From NCBI GenBank assembly GCA_002380425.1, contig DFUR01000105.1:7614-71613 (forward strand): a DNA stretch of 64,000 nucleotides, read 5' to 3'. Below, one piece after another: positions 56,325 through 64,000 of the stretch. Made by a program: the position numbers and the translations under genes. Source of the DNA: Bacteroidales bacterium UBA4181 (GTDB lineage: Bacteria; Bacteroidota; Bacteroidia; Bacteroidales; UBA4181). Position 1 is the stretch's first letter. Each line of letters begins with the position of its first letter. Below the pieces are notes generated by a model that did not search any database, had not been told where the DNA came from, and saw nothing but the letters and a program-made list of their open reading frames with translations.

Positions 56325-57060
56325 GGAGCACAGAGGTGTGGTGCTTCAGGTATTTCAGGAGGCCGTACATTAGTAATGAAAGTCCGCAAGCCCCCAGAAG
56401 GTAATAATTGAAATCTCTGTGATGTTCAATAATCTCCCCGAAGATGTCAAAAAAAGCAAATATAACAAACAAAGCCATAACTCCGTTTTTTTCCTTCTTG
56501 AGTACTTTCTTGAGGCTAAAAGAAATCCTCGGCCTGCTAAATTGATTTAATGCAGGAATAAATGCTGGAGTATGTTCAGCCCAATCCGTATATATCTGGC
56601 CGAACTTTTTCCGAAGATACTGTTCCTCGGCCAGCATGATGCGTTCGTAATATATCCAGTAGATCAGGCAAAAAGCGGTGATGAACCATCCGTTGGCAGT
56701 GAGCAGTGCCGGTCCAAGCCACATGAAAAAATTACCCAGATACAGCGGATGTCTCACCACCGAGTAGATACCGCTAGTGTTCAGACTATCGGCGAGCTGC
56801 CCGTCGGTGTTTCTCCCTGAAGTGTTGGCCGGAGTGTGCCCAACGGTATAGACTCTGATGCCCAAACCCACAATGCTGATGAACAGGCAAAGCAGTTCAT
56901 AGTATATCTCGTAGGGAGTTTCTTCCAGAATAAACGTTTCAGGGTATATCTCGGTACGTGCGTAAAGAATGGTTCCGATGAACAAGATGGTAATGGGGAG
57001 AACGCCCCGGTATCTGAAGAGCCAGCTTCCTTGTTGTTCCATTTCCTCAAGTAATGCCAT
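56308..57060 (-). CDS. ICMT/PEMT-like integral-membrane methyltransferase
   Basis: 250 aa with about 5 TM helices. It carries the SAM-binding region SGIYSVVRHPLYLGNFFMWLG...E typical of isoprenylcysteine carboxyl / phospholipid methyltransferase families. Confidence 0.75.
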   Translation of the reverse strand: MALLEEMEQQGSWLFRYRGVLPITILFIGTILYARTEIYPETFILEETPYEIYYELLCLFISIVGLGIRVYTVGHTPANTSGRNTDGQLADSLNTSGIYSVVRHPLYLGNFFMWLGPALLTANGWFITAFCLIYWIYYERIMLAEEQYLRKKFGQIYTDWAEHTPAFIPALNQFSRPRISFSLKKVLKKEKNGVMALFVIFAFFDIFGEIIEHHRDFNYYLLGACGLSLLMYGLLKYLKHHTSVLHEEGR

Positions 57061-57165
57061 AGATGGAAAATATTTTTGGTTCTCTGGCTTCAGAAAACAA
57101 ATATCATTCCGAAAAACTCTTGCACCAAACCTTGTGGGGACGCGGCAAACAAACTTCAGAAGACA

Positions 57166-57203
57166 AATCGACCAGCCAGGAGACCTCCTGACTGGTCGAT
57201 TTG
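57166..57203 (-). terminator. intrinsic terminator directly after the tRNA gene
   Basis: An 11-bp outer stem (AAATCGACCAG/CTGGTCGATTT) plus a 5-bp inner stem with a tetraloop. On the minus strand it is followed by TTTGTCTTCT. Confidence 0.7.
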
Positions 57204-57206
57204 GGG

Positions 57207-57280
57207 TGGGCCCACCAGGGCTTGAACCTGGGACTCCCTGATTATGAGTCAGGTGCTCTGACCGACTGAGCTATAGGCCC
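57207..57280 (-). tRNA. tRNA with CAU anticodon (elongator Met or lysidine-modified Ile2); CCA not encoded
   Basis: The reverse complement folds as a cloverleaf: acceptor GGGCCTA/TGGGCCC, D-arm GCTC-AGTCGGTCA-GAGC, anticodon arm CCTGA-CTCATAA-TCAGG, variable loop GAGTC, T-arm CCAGG-TTCAAGC-CCTGG, discriminator A. It lacks the initiator features (a 1:72 mismatch and GGG/CCC in the anticodon stem). Confidence 0.9.
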
Positions 57281-57300
57281 GATATTTGGAAATAGGTGTG

Positions 57301-57332
57301 CAAAGCTACATATTTGCACCAGATTCACCAAA
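57301..57332 (-). promoter_or_regulatory. consensus Bacteroidota promoter TTTG-N20-TAGCTTTG for the tRNA gene
   Basis: The plus strand has CAAAGCTA at 57301..57308 and CAAA at 57329..57332 with a 20-nt spacer. The -7 box ends 20 nt upstream of the mature tRNA 5' end. Confidence 0.55.
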
Positions 57333-57338
57333 GAAACC

Positions 57339-58010
57339 ATGCAAAAAGTCCCCGCCTCCGCCCTGACCGTCACCCCTGAGGGTTTGGCCTCTGCACTGAG
57401 CCAGTGTAGCCATCTGATTTTTGACCTTGGCCGGGTACTTGTGCCCATTGACCAGCAGGCAACCTCCCGGGCTTTTGCCCGGTTGGGAGCATCCGGACTG
57501 GAGGATATTCAGGGAGACTATCTCAAGCTTGAAATCCTTCATGGGTATGAGTCAGGGCGGTTCTCAACCAGCGAATTTTTGCAGGCACTGCGGGTATTTG
57601 TACCTGGCCCGGTTCCCGAGGAGGCACTCCGGGATGCCTGGTGTGCCATGCTCGGGCGGATGCCTGCGGCTGAGGTGTCTTTGCTGCAGAGGTTACGGCG
57701 TAAGCATCGCGTGCTGATGCTCAGCAACACCAATGAATTGCACATGCAACTTTTGCAGCGTTTTTTGTCTGAGGATATTCCGGGCACATGGCTGCATGAT
57801 CTGTTTGACGCTCTGTATCTGTCTTTTCAGATGGGGGCTCTCAAACCCAGTCCCGACATTTACCGGTATGTGCTGACTCAGGAGCGGATTTGCCCCGGTC
57901 AGGCACTATTTCTGGATGACCGGGAGGAGAATGTGGAAGCCGCCCGGGCTGAAGGGATTCCGTCCCTGCACTTCCTTCCCGGGATGACGGTCACGGAGCT
58001 GTTTGGTTGA
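57339..58010 (+). CDS. HAD-superfamily hydrolase (subfamily IA-like)
   Basis: Motif I variant is LIFDLGRVLV, motif II is LSNTN, and motif IV is FLDDREENV. Length is 223 aa. Confidence 0.75.
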   Translation: MQKVPASALTVTPEGLASALSQCSHLIFDLGRVLVPIDQQATSRAFARLGASGLEDIQGDYLKLEILHGYESGRFSTSEFLQALRVFVPGPVPEEALRDAWCAMLGRMPAAEVSLLQRLRRKHRVLMLSNTNELHMQLLQRFLSEDIPGTWLHDLFDALYLSFQMGALKPSPDIYRYVLTQERICPGQALFLDDREENVEAARAEGIPSLHFLPGMTVTELFG

Positions 58011-58055
58011 TTACTTTTATGTATCTTTACCAACCATTCACTAATCGTTGTCATC

Positions 58056-58706
58056 ATGAAAAAATTTGCTGTTGTTCTGTCGGGATGCGGGGTGTTCGAT
58101 GGGGCAGAGATTCATGAATCAGTGATGGCATTGTGGGCCATCAGATCAAAAGGGCATGAATATCAAGTTTTTGCTCCTGATATCCCTCATGCACAGGTGG
58201 TGGACCATCTCACGGGCAAAAACCTGCCCAATCAACGCAGTGTGCTGTCTGAGGCTGCCCGGATTGCCCGGGGTAACATCCTTCCGCTGAGCCGGTTCGA
58301 TGCTGCAAAGTTCGATGCTTTGTTGTTCCCCGGTGGATTCGGTGTGGCCAAAAACCTGTGCGATTTTGCGCTCAAGGGTACGGACTGTAGTGTTCAGCCC
58401 GATGTGCGCAACGCCATTCGAGCCATGCATGATGCCTGCAGGCCGATTGGTGCCGTGTGTATGGGGCCCATTCTGCTCGCTCTGGTGTTGGGCAAGGGAA
58501 CCCTGACCTTAGGCGGGGACAGTGATGCCTCCCGTGCTGCCGAAGCGCTGGGAGCAACCCACGTGGCCACCGGGCCGGGGCATATTGTTGTGGATAAGGC
58601 CCGGAAATGGGTCACTGCTCCCTGTTACATGAACGATACCCAAATTGAATACATCGCCCGGGAATTAGACGAGGTGGTGGACGCAATGCTTCAGCTGATA
58701 TCCTGA
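58056..58706 (+). CDS. elbB: ElbB-type DJ-1/PfpI-family glyoxalase
   Basis: MKKFAVVLSGCGVFDGAEIHESV, FPGGFGVAKNL and VCMGP closely parallel E. coli ElbB. Confidence 0.85.
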   Translation: MKKFAVVLSGCGVFDGAEIHESVMALWAIRSKGHEYQVFAPDIPHAQVVDHLTGKNLPNQRSVLSEAARIARGNILPLSRFDAAKFDALLFPGGFGVAKNLCDFALKGTDCSVQPDVRNAIRAMHDACRPIGAVCMGPILLALVLGKGTLTLGGDSDASRAAEALGATHVATGPGHIVVDKARKWVTAPCYMNDTQIEYIARELDEVVDAMLQLIS

Positions 58707-58793
58707 TGTTTCCCCGGGTTCCGGCCCGTCTGATATTTCTGCTCTGGAACGGAAATATTTGCATCGAAAAGTTCTTTTTCTGAAAATTAGTTG

Positions 58794-58801
58794 TACTTTT
58801 G
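58794..58801 (+). promoter_or_regulatory. candidate -7 box TACTTTTG for rplM-rpsI
   Basis: An exact TAnnTTTG match lies 61 nt upstream of the rplM GTG start. The -33 element is not evident. Confidence 0.4.
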
Positions 58802-58861
58802 CAATCCGTATTTTCAGTGAAAGTACTGTATTTGATTGTTAATTAAAAAGTTAAGGATAAC

Positions 58862-59317
58862 GTGGATACCTTGAGTTATAAAACAGTCTCCGTGAACAAG
58901 GAGTCTGCCAACAAGCAGTGGGTGATTGTGGATGCCCAGAACGCCGTGGTGGGACGGATGTCCGCTGTTGTGGCTATGGTCCTGAGAGGAAAACATAAAC
59001 CCTCCTTCACACCTCATGCAGACTGCGGGGACAATGTCATCGTCATCAATGCCGCTAAAGTTCGTTTTACAGGGAACAAGTGGTCACAGAAGGAATATGT
59101 GCGCCACACCGGATATCCCGGCGGGCAAAGAATCACTACTGCCTCCGAGCTGATGGAGAAGAATCCTGTGGCTGTTGTGGAGAAGGCCGTACGCGGTATG
59201 CTTCCCAAGAACAGGCTGGGTGATGAACTCTTCAGGAACCTTCATGTATATGCCGGGTCAGAACATCCCCATCAGGCACAGCAACCCTCAGTATTGAACA
59301 TTAATTCTATAAAGTAG
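58862..59317 (+). CDS. rplM: 50S ribosomal protein L13
   Basis: MDTLSYKT...KQWVIVDA and GMLPKNRLG are present. The start is GTG, and an in-frame TAA six codons upstream excludes a longer ORF. Confidence 0.95.
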   Translation: MDTLSYKTVSVNKESANKQWVIVDAQNAVVGRMSAVVAMVLRGKHKPSFTPHADCGDNVIVINAAKVRFTGNKWSQKEYVRHTGYPGGQRITTASELMEKNPVAVVEKAVRGMLPKNRLGDELFRNLHVYAGSEHPHQAQQPSVLNINSIK

Positions 59318-59320
59318 TCT

Positions 59321-59707
59321 ATGGAAGTCGTGAATGCCATTGGAAGAAGAAAGGCCGCTATTGCACGCGTGTATGTTCAGCCCGGGAAGGGTGAAATCAC
59401 CATCAACGGGCGTGACCTCAAGACCTACTTCCCTGTTGATACCCTCCGTTTTATTGTGGAACAACCCCTGCATACCCTCGAAGTCGCTGGCCGTTATGAT
59501 ATTCTGGCCAATCTGGAAGGAGGTGGTATCAAGGGCCAGGCAGAAGCCCTGCGGTTGGGCATTTCCAGGGCGTTTGTGAAGATTGATGAGGAAAATAAAC
59601 CCAAACTCAAGGCTGCAGGTTTTATGACCCGTGACCCGCGCGAAGTGGAACGCAAGAAACCCGGCCAGCCCAAAGCACGGAAACGCTTCCAGTTCAGCAA
59701 GCGTTGA
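59321..59707 (+). CDS. rpsI: 30S ribosomal protein S9
   Basis: GRRKAAIARV, GGGIKGQAEALRLGISRA and a C-terminal KARKRFQFSKR. Length is 128 aa. Confidence 0.95.
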   Translation: MEVVNAIGRRKAAIARVYVQPGKGEITINGRDLKTYFPVDTLRFIVEQPLHTLEVAGRYDILANLEGGGIKGQAEALRLGISRAFVKIDEENKPKLKAAGFMTRDPREVERKKPGQPKARKRFQFSKR

Positions 59708-59805
59708 TTCGCTTGGTTGTTTAGTATCTAAACTTCCCGGACCTTCGGTTCCCGATGCTACCGGGTGGTTGATTTCGCAGAATGTAAACAATTTTAATTA
59801 TACTT

Positions 59806-60672
59806 ATGCCTCAAGTTACCGTAGAACAATTACTCGATGCCGGAGTACATTTCGGACATCTTACCCGCAAATGGAATCCCCACATGGCTCCTTATATCTT
59901 TATGGAGCGCAATGGAATTCACATCATTGACCTGAACAAAACTCTGGAACATCTTGACGATGCTGCCCAGGCCCTCAAACAAATCGTCAAATCGGGCCGC
60001 AAGGTGCTCTTTGTGGCTACCAAGAAACAGGCTAAGGACATCGTTGCCGAGAAAGTCAAGGCTGTCGGAATGCCTTATGTTACCGAGCGTTGGGCTGGCG
60101 GGATGTTGACCAATTTCCCCACCATCCGCAAAGCCGTCAAGAAAATGTCCACGATCGACAAGATGGCCACCGACGGAACGTTTGAGAATCTTTCCAAACG
60201 TGAAAAACTTCAGGTAAGCCGCCAGCGCGCCAAGCTCGAAAAGAACCTCGGCAGTATCGCCGATTTGTCCCGGCTTCCGGCTGCTCTGTTTGTGGTGGAT
60301 ATCATGAAGGAAAACATCGCGGTTCGCGAGGCCCGCAGGCTCAATATCCCCGTGTTTGCCATGGTGGATACCAACTCAGACCCCAACCTGGTGGATTTCC
60401 CCATTCCCGCTAACGATGATGCTTCGAACTCCATTGCTGTGATTATTGATGCTGTGGTGGCTGCTATGCAGGAAGGGGTTGCGGAGCGGAAGATTGAGAA
60501 GGATGCCGATGATGCCCGTATGGCTGACAAGGCTGCCAAAACCAGGGCCCGCAAGATGGCTCCTCAGTCGGTTTCCGGATTGGATGAGGAGGAAGATGAA
60601 GTGGTGAAGGAAGACAAGAAGATTGTCAAAAAACTCACCCGTCGTCCCGTGAAAACGGTTGCTGAAGAATAA
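59806..60672 (+). CDS. rpsB: 30S ribosomal protein S2 (with acidic/lysine-rich C-terminal extension)
   Basis: LLDAGVHFGHLTRKWNPHM and RWAGGMLTNF are present. Length is 288 aa. Confidence 0.95.
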   Translation: MPQVTVEQLLDAGVHFGHLTRKWNPHMAPYIFMERNGIHIIDLNKTLEHLDDAAQALKQIVKSGRKVLFVATKKQAKDIVAEKVKAVGMPYVTERWAGGMLTNFPTIRKAVKKMSTIDKMATDGTFENLSKREKLQVSRQRAKLEKNLGSIADLSRLPAALFVVDIMKENIAVREARRLNIPVFAMVDTNSDPNLVDFPIPANDDASNSIAVIIDAVVAAMQEGVAERKIEKDADDARMADKAAKTRARKMAPQSVSGLDEEEDEVVKEDKKIVKKLTRRPVKTVAEE

Positions 60673-60697
60673 TACAGGAATACAAAATTTTAGTAAG

Positions 60698-61537
60698 ATG
60701 GCTGTAACTGCTCAGGATGTAGCAAAACTCAGAAAAATCACCGGTGCCGGTATGATGGATTGCAAGAAGGCACTGGAGGAAGCCGCTGGCGATTATGACA
60801 AGGCGGTTGAAATTATCCGCAAGAAAGGCCAGATGGTCGCAAACAAACGTGCTGACCGCGATGCTTCGGAAGGTTGTGTGATCGCCCGTGTGGGTGCTGA
60901 CGGGACTACCGGGGTTGTGGTTGTACTCAATTGTGAGACCGATTTTGTGGCCAAGAACGAGGATTTTGTCCGTTTCACGGAGTCAATTGCTGATGCTGCT
61001 TTGGCAGGGAATGCTGCTGATTTGGAAGCTCTGTTGGCTCTTCCTGCCGGAAAGGTCTCAGTAGCCGAGGGTATCAACGACCGTCTGGCAGCCATTGGTG
61101 AGAAGATTGAGCTGTCCTTTTACAAGAAGGTGTCTGCCGCCTCTGTCACCGCTTACATTCACCCTGGAAACAAACTGGCTTGTCTGGTAGGTTTCAGCAA
61201 GGCGCTGAAGGATCCCCAAATTGGCAAGGATGTGGCCATGCAGGTTGCTGCTATGAGCCCTGTGGCCGTGGACAAGGACTCAGTTTCTCCTGCCGTTGTG
61301 GCAAAGGAGCGTGAGATCGCTATCGAGCAGACTGCCAATGACCCCAAGAATGCCAACAAGCCCGCCGCGATTGTCGAAAAGATCGCTGAAGGCCGTCTGG
61401 AGAAATTCTTCAAGGAAAACACCCTGATGAATCAGGAATTCATCAAGGATGGCAAACTGACTGTGGCCCAATACCTCAGTAATGCTGACAAAGACCTGAA
61501 GGTAACCGAGTTTGTTCGGTTTGCCCTCAGCGTATAA
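60698..61537 (+). CDS. tsf: elongation factor Ts
   Basis: MAVTAQDVAKLRKITGAGMMDCKKALEEA is the UBA-like EF-Ts N-terminus. The track ORF begins at 60659 inside rpsB, so ATG 60698 is the likely start. Confidence 0.95.
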   Translation: MAVTAQDVAKLRKITGAGMMDCKKALEEAAGDYDKAVEIIRKKGQMVANKRADRDASEGCVIARVGADGTTGVVVVLNCETDFVAKNEDFVRFTESIADAALAGNAADLEALLALPAGKVSVAEGINDRLAAIGEKIELSFYKKVSAASVTAYIHPGNKLACLVGFSKALKDPQIGKDVAMQVAAMSPVAVDKDSVSPAVVAKEREIAIEQTANDPKNANKPAAIVEKIAEGRLEKFFKENTLMNQEFIKDGKLTVAQYLSNADKDLKVTEFVRFALSV

Positions 61538-61547
61538 ACCCTGCCCT

Positions 61548-62661
61548 ATGATTACTGCCGAACAGCTTAAGGCCGTGGCAGAGCGCGTCGAAGCGCTGAG
61601 GAGGTATCTTTGACGTTGATCACAAACTGATCGAACTCGAAGAAGAAGAGCAGAAAACCCATGATCCGTCTTTCTGGGAAGATCCTGCCCGCGCCGAAGC
61701 ACAGCTCCGAAAAGTAGCCATCCTCAAGGATTGGACGCGTTCCTATGCTGAGGTGTATAGTGCTCTCGAAGACCTTAGAGTACTTTATGATTTTGCCCGC
61801 GAGGGAGAGTCGGTTGAAGCCGATCTGGACCTCCAGTATGCTTCCCTTGTGGAGCAGCTGGAGGCTCTGGAGTTTCGGAATATGCTCCGCGAAGAAGCAG
61901 ATGCACTAGGGGCCATTCTCAAAGTCAATCCCGGAGCCGGTGGAACCGAAAGTCAGGACTGGGCGGAGATGCTGATGCGCATGTACCTGCGCTATGCCGA
62001 ACGGTCCGGGTTCACGGTCAAAGAACTGGATTTTCAAAAAGCCGACGATGCCGGCATCAAATCGGTCACCCTTGAGATCACCGGACCCTATGCCTATGGC
62101 TATCTCAAGAGTGAGAGTGGCGTTCACAGGCTTGTCCGCCTCTCGCCCTTTGACTCTAACAACCGGCGCCACACCTCCTTTGCCTCCGTCTTTGTTTCCC
62201 CCCTTATTGATGATACCATCGAAATTGTGGTTTCTCCTGCCGATATTTCCTGGGAGACCTATCGTTCCAGCGGTGCCGGTGGCCAGAATGTGAACAAGGT
62301 CGAAACAGCAGTCCGTTTGCGGCATCACCCTACCGGGCTGGTCATCGAAAACCAGGAATCCCGCTCCCAGTTGCAGAACAAGGAAAACGCTATGCGAATC
62401 CTCAAATCGCAGCTCTACGAGATGGAACTCCAGAAAAAGCGCGAAAAACAGGCCGAGATTGAAGGCCAGAAAAAGAAGATTGAGTGGGGATCACAGATTC
62501 GGAACTATGTGCTGCATCCCTATAAACTGGTGAAAGACCTCAGGACCGATGAAGAAACCTCCAATGCCGGGGATGTGCTTGATGGCAACCTGAACCCGTT
62601 TATCAAGGCTTATCTGATGGAGTTTGGTGGCCGCAGCGAGGCTGCCACTCAGGGTCAGTAA
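61548..62661 (+). CDS. prfB: peptide chain release factor 2, expressed through a programmed +1 ribosomal frameshift at 61608-61614
   Basis: Frame-0 [24 protein letters not shown] ends at TGA 61611..61613. The +1 frame continues from GAC 61612 as [25 protein letters not shown] and runs into the track ORF (61753..62661), which carries SPF and GGQ ([10 protein letters not shown]). Confidence 0.9.
61599..61614 (+). promoter_or_regulatory. RF2 frameshift cassette AGGAGG-UAU-CUU-UGA-C
   Basis: An internal SD-like AGGAGG lies 3 nt upstream of the slippery CUU U followed by the poor-context stop UGA C. This is nearly identical to the classic E. coli prfB site AGGGGGUAUCUUUGAC. Confidence 0.9.
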
Positions 62662-63455
62662 AAGGTCATCCGGTTTCTGTTCCAGTAGCGAATCATCAGA
62701 AACCCGAACAGCATCCCGCCCAGATGCGCAAAGTGCGCAATTCCTGTGTTCACTCCCGTGAAACCCAGAAACAATTCAATCGCGCCATACCCTATCACGA
62801 ACCACTTGGCCTTGATGGCAACGGGAGGGAAGAGTAGCATCAACTGGGTGTTGGGAAACAACATACCGAAGGCAAGCAGCAGCCCAAAAACAGCCCCCGA
62901 TGCCCCCACAGTCGGGATATTCACCAGTTGATTGAAGGCCTGCTTCAGTTGCCATGAGGCCTCGCTGATGTACTGGGCATTGTTTGGGTCATCCTTCCAC
63001 TGATGGATAAAATCGTACACTGCAGGATTTACGCCCTTGATATGGTCTGAAATAAATGCTTCATACAAGTCCGGGGTGGGTGTGTTGAGGAACGCTACCA
63101 AATCTCCGTGTATGCCGTTTAAGATCAGAAAATTGACAAAGGTGTGGAGCGCGGCTGCGCCCAGGCCAGTCACAAAGAAGTAGGTCAGGAACCGTTTGGG
63201 TCCCCACACCTGCTCCAGCACGGAACCGAACATCCACAGGGCATACATATTAAACACCAGGTGCCACAACCCACCGTGCATGAACATATGGGTGATGTAC
63301 TGGAACGGGCGGAACATATCCGAGCCAAAGTAGTAAAGGCCGAGTGCATGGGTGAGGTCAATTACCCGGATCTGGGCAAACACCCAGGTGGCCAGAAACA
63401 TTAATACGTTAATGATTAACAGGTTCTTTACGACAGGGGGGATGGAGCGATACAT
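62655..63455 (-). CDS. rhomboid-family intramembrane serine protease
   Basis: It is polytopic, with [15 protein letters not shown], the catalytic [10 protein letters not shown], and the histidine in [11 protein letters not shown]. Length is 266 aa. Confidence 0.9.
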   Translation of the reverse strand: MYRSIPPVVKNLLIINVLMFLATWVFAQIRVIDLTHALGLYYFGSDMFRPFQYITHMFMHGGLWHLVFNMYALWMFGSVLEQVWGPKRFLTYFFVTGLGAAALHTFVNFLILNGIHGDLVAFLNTPTPDLYEAFISDHIKGVNPAVYDFIHQWKDDPNNAQYISEASWQLKQAFNQLVNIPTVGASGAVFGLLLAFGMLFPNTQLMLLFPPVAIKAKWFVIGYGAIELFLGFTGVNTGIAHFAHLGGMLFGFLMIRYWNRNRMTFY

Positions 63456-63471
63456 GGTAGGAAAGTTCGAT

Positions 63472-64000
63472 TTAAATCATTTCTGGCAGGGAATCCTGGA
63501 ATAATTGCCGGAGTTGCTCCAGAGTCACCAGATGGATGGTTTTCTTTCCATCGGGGGACAGGTGCGGAATGGCGCAAGAGAGCAACTGTTCGGTAATATA
63601 TTGCATTTCCTTATTTGAAAGCATCTGGTTGTAGGAAACTGCTGCATTCCTGGCCATGGCTGCAGCCAGATGGTCCCGGCCGGGTATTTCCGGAGAACCA
63701 TCCTCTGTGATGGCTTCCTCTCCCAAGTTCCGGTAGTCATCCAGCAGCCTTACAAGCATTTCTGCCGGGTTGCAGAGTTCCAGATATCCGGGTTCGCCCG
63801 TCAGCGTGAGTTGAGCAGCTCCCTCTCTTGTGAAGTCAAAACCCATGCCACGGAAGGCATCGGCAAACTGATCAAACAGGCGGGCATCATCGTGTGAGAG
63901 CTCAACCTGCCGGGGAAACAACAACTGCTGGGAACCGTGCCCGGCAAGCGGATGTCTCCCCAGGAACTGCTCGTAGAGAATTCTTTCGTGGGCTCGCTTT
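63472..64000 (-). CDS. mutL: DNA mismatch repair protein MutL, C-terminal part (5' end beyond the window)
   Basis: The frame stays open to nt 64000 and the translation contains AHERILYEQF...QQLLFPRQVELS, the MutL C-terminal dimerisation domain. A rhomboid gene lies downstream, as is common in Bacteroidota. Confidence 0.85.
   Translation of the reverse strand, partial: KRAHERILYEQFLGRHPLAGHGSQQLLFPRQVELSHDDARLFDQFADAFRGMGFDFTREGAAQLTLTGEPGYLELCNPAEMLVRLLDDYRNLGEEAITEDGSPEIPGRDHLAAAMARNAAVSYNQMLSNKEMQYITEQLLSCAIPHLSPDGKKTIHLVTLEQLRQLFQDSLPEMI

Noticed and set aside
57061-57338. The tRNA gene as a possible integration hotspot or genomic-island boundary.
   Set aside because: There is no integrase, no partial tRNA direct repeat, no compositional break, and the flanking genes are ordinary (a HAD hydrolase and the membrane operon). 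The flanking hairpin is explained as the tRNA terminator.
58707-58861. A possible structured L13 leader or riboswitch upstream of rplM, based on the 7-bp inverted repeat GTACTTT...AAAGTAC.
   Set aside because: The 5' arm coincides with the predicted -7 promoter box and would not be transcribed. The remaining sequence is AT-rich without convincing helices. Covariation cannot be assessed from a single sequence.
61753-62661. RF2 appears N-terminally truncated, or looks like a frameshifted pseudogene.
   Set aside because: The interruption is the conserved programmed +1 frameshift site (AGGAGG-UAU-CUU-UGA-C), and both frames encode canonical RF2 sequence. This is a functional gene, not a pseudogene.

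Overview
This 64-kb window is about 55% GC and densely coding. I count roughly 60 protein genes, one tRNA, and intergenic gaps that are mostly under 200 bp. Several features point to a Bacteroidota (probably Bacteroidia) chromosome: a complete Bat/MoxR-VWA aerotolerance operon, TAnnTTTG-type -7 promoter boxes with almost no Shine-Dalgarno sequences, DUF3078, lamin-tail and PorV/PorQ-like envelope proteins, and mutL-rhomboid linkage. Most of the content is conserved housekeeping:
- Translation: pth, rpmF, typA, lysS, tadA, rplM-rpsI, rpsB-tsf, and prfB with its programmed +1 frameshift.
- Central and amino-acid metabolism: fba, tkt, asd, lysA, galK, gpsA, coaX, tmk.
- Lipid synthesis: plsX-fabH.
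- Envelope functions: an RND efflux operon, lptC and skp.

I found no CRISPR array, IS element, transposase, integrase, prophage, toxin-antitoxin or recognisable defence genes, so this is not an obvious accessory island. I cannot point to a convincingly new system. The best under-described candidates are:
1. A six-gene, translationally coupled membrane operon at 50.2-57.1 kb. It encodes an ICMT-like methyltransferase, two ArnT/PMT-like GT-C enzymes, an ArnC/GtrB-like GT2, an MprF-flippase-like protein and an unknown lipoprotein with four TM helices. It looks like a periplasmic lipid A or envelope glycosylation/methylation module with non-canonical parts.
2. An overlapping gene pair at 37.9-40.8 kb. 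It encodes a small PorV/PorQ-like beta-barrel and a roughly 690-aa protein with a ComEA-like helix-hairpin-helix N-terminus fused to a probable large beta-barrel.
3. An extra 'mini-BatD' paralogue inside the Bat operon.

All product calls come from reading the supplied translations for motifs and from gene context. No database search was possible, and several start codons differ from the ORF track and remain provisional.
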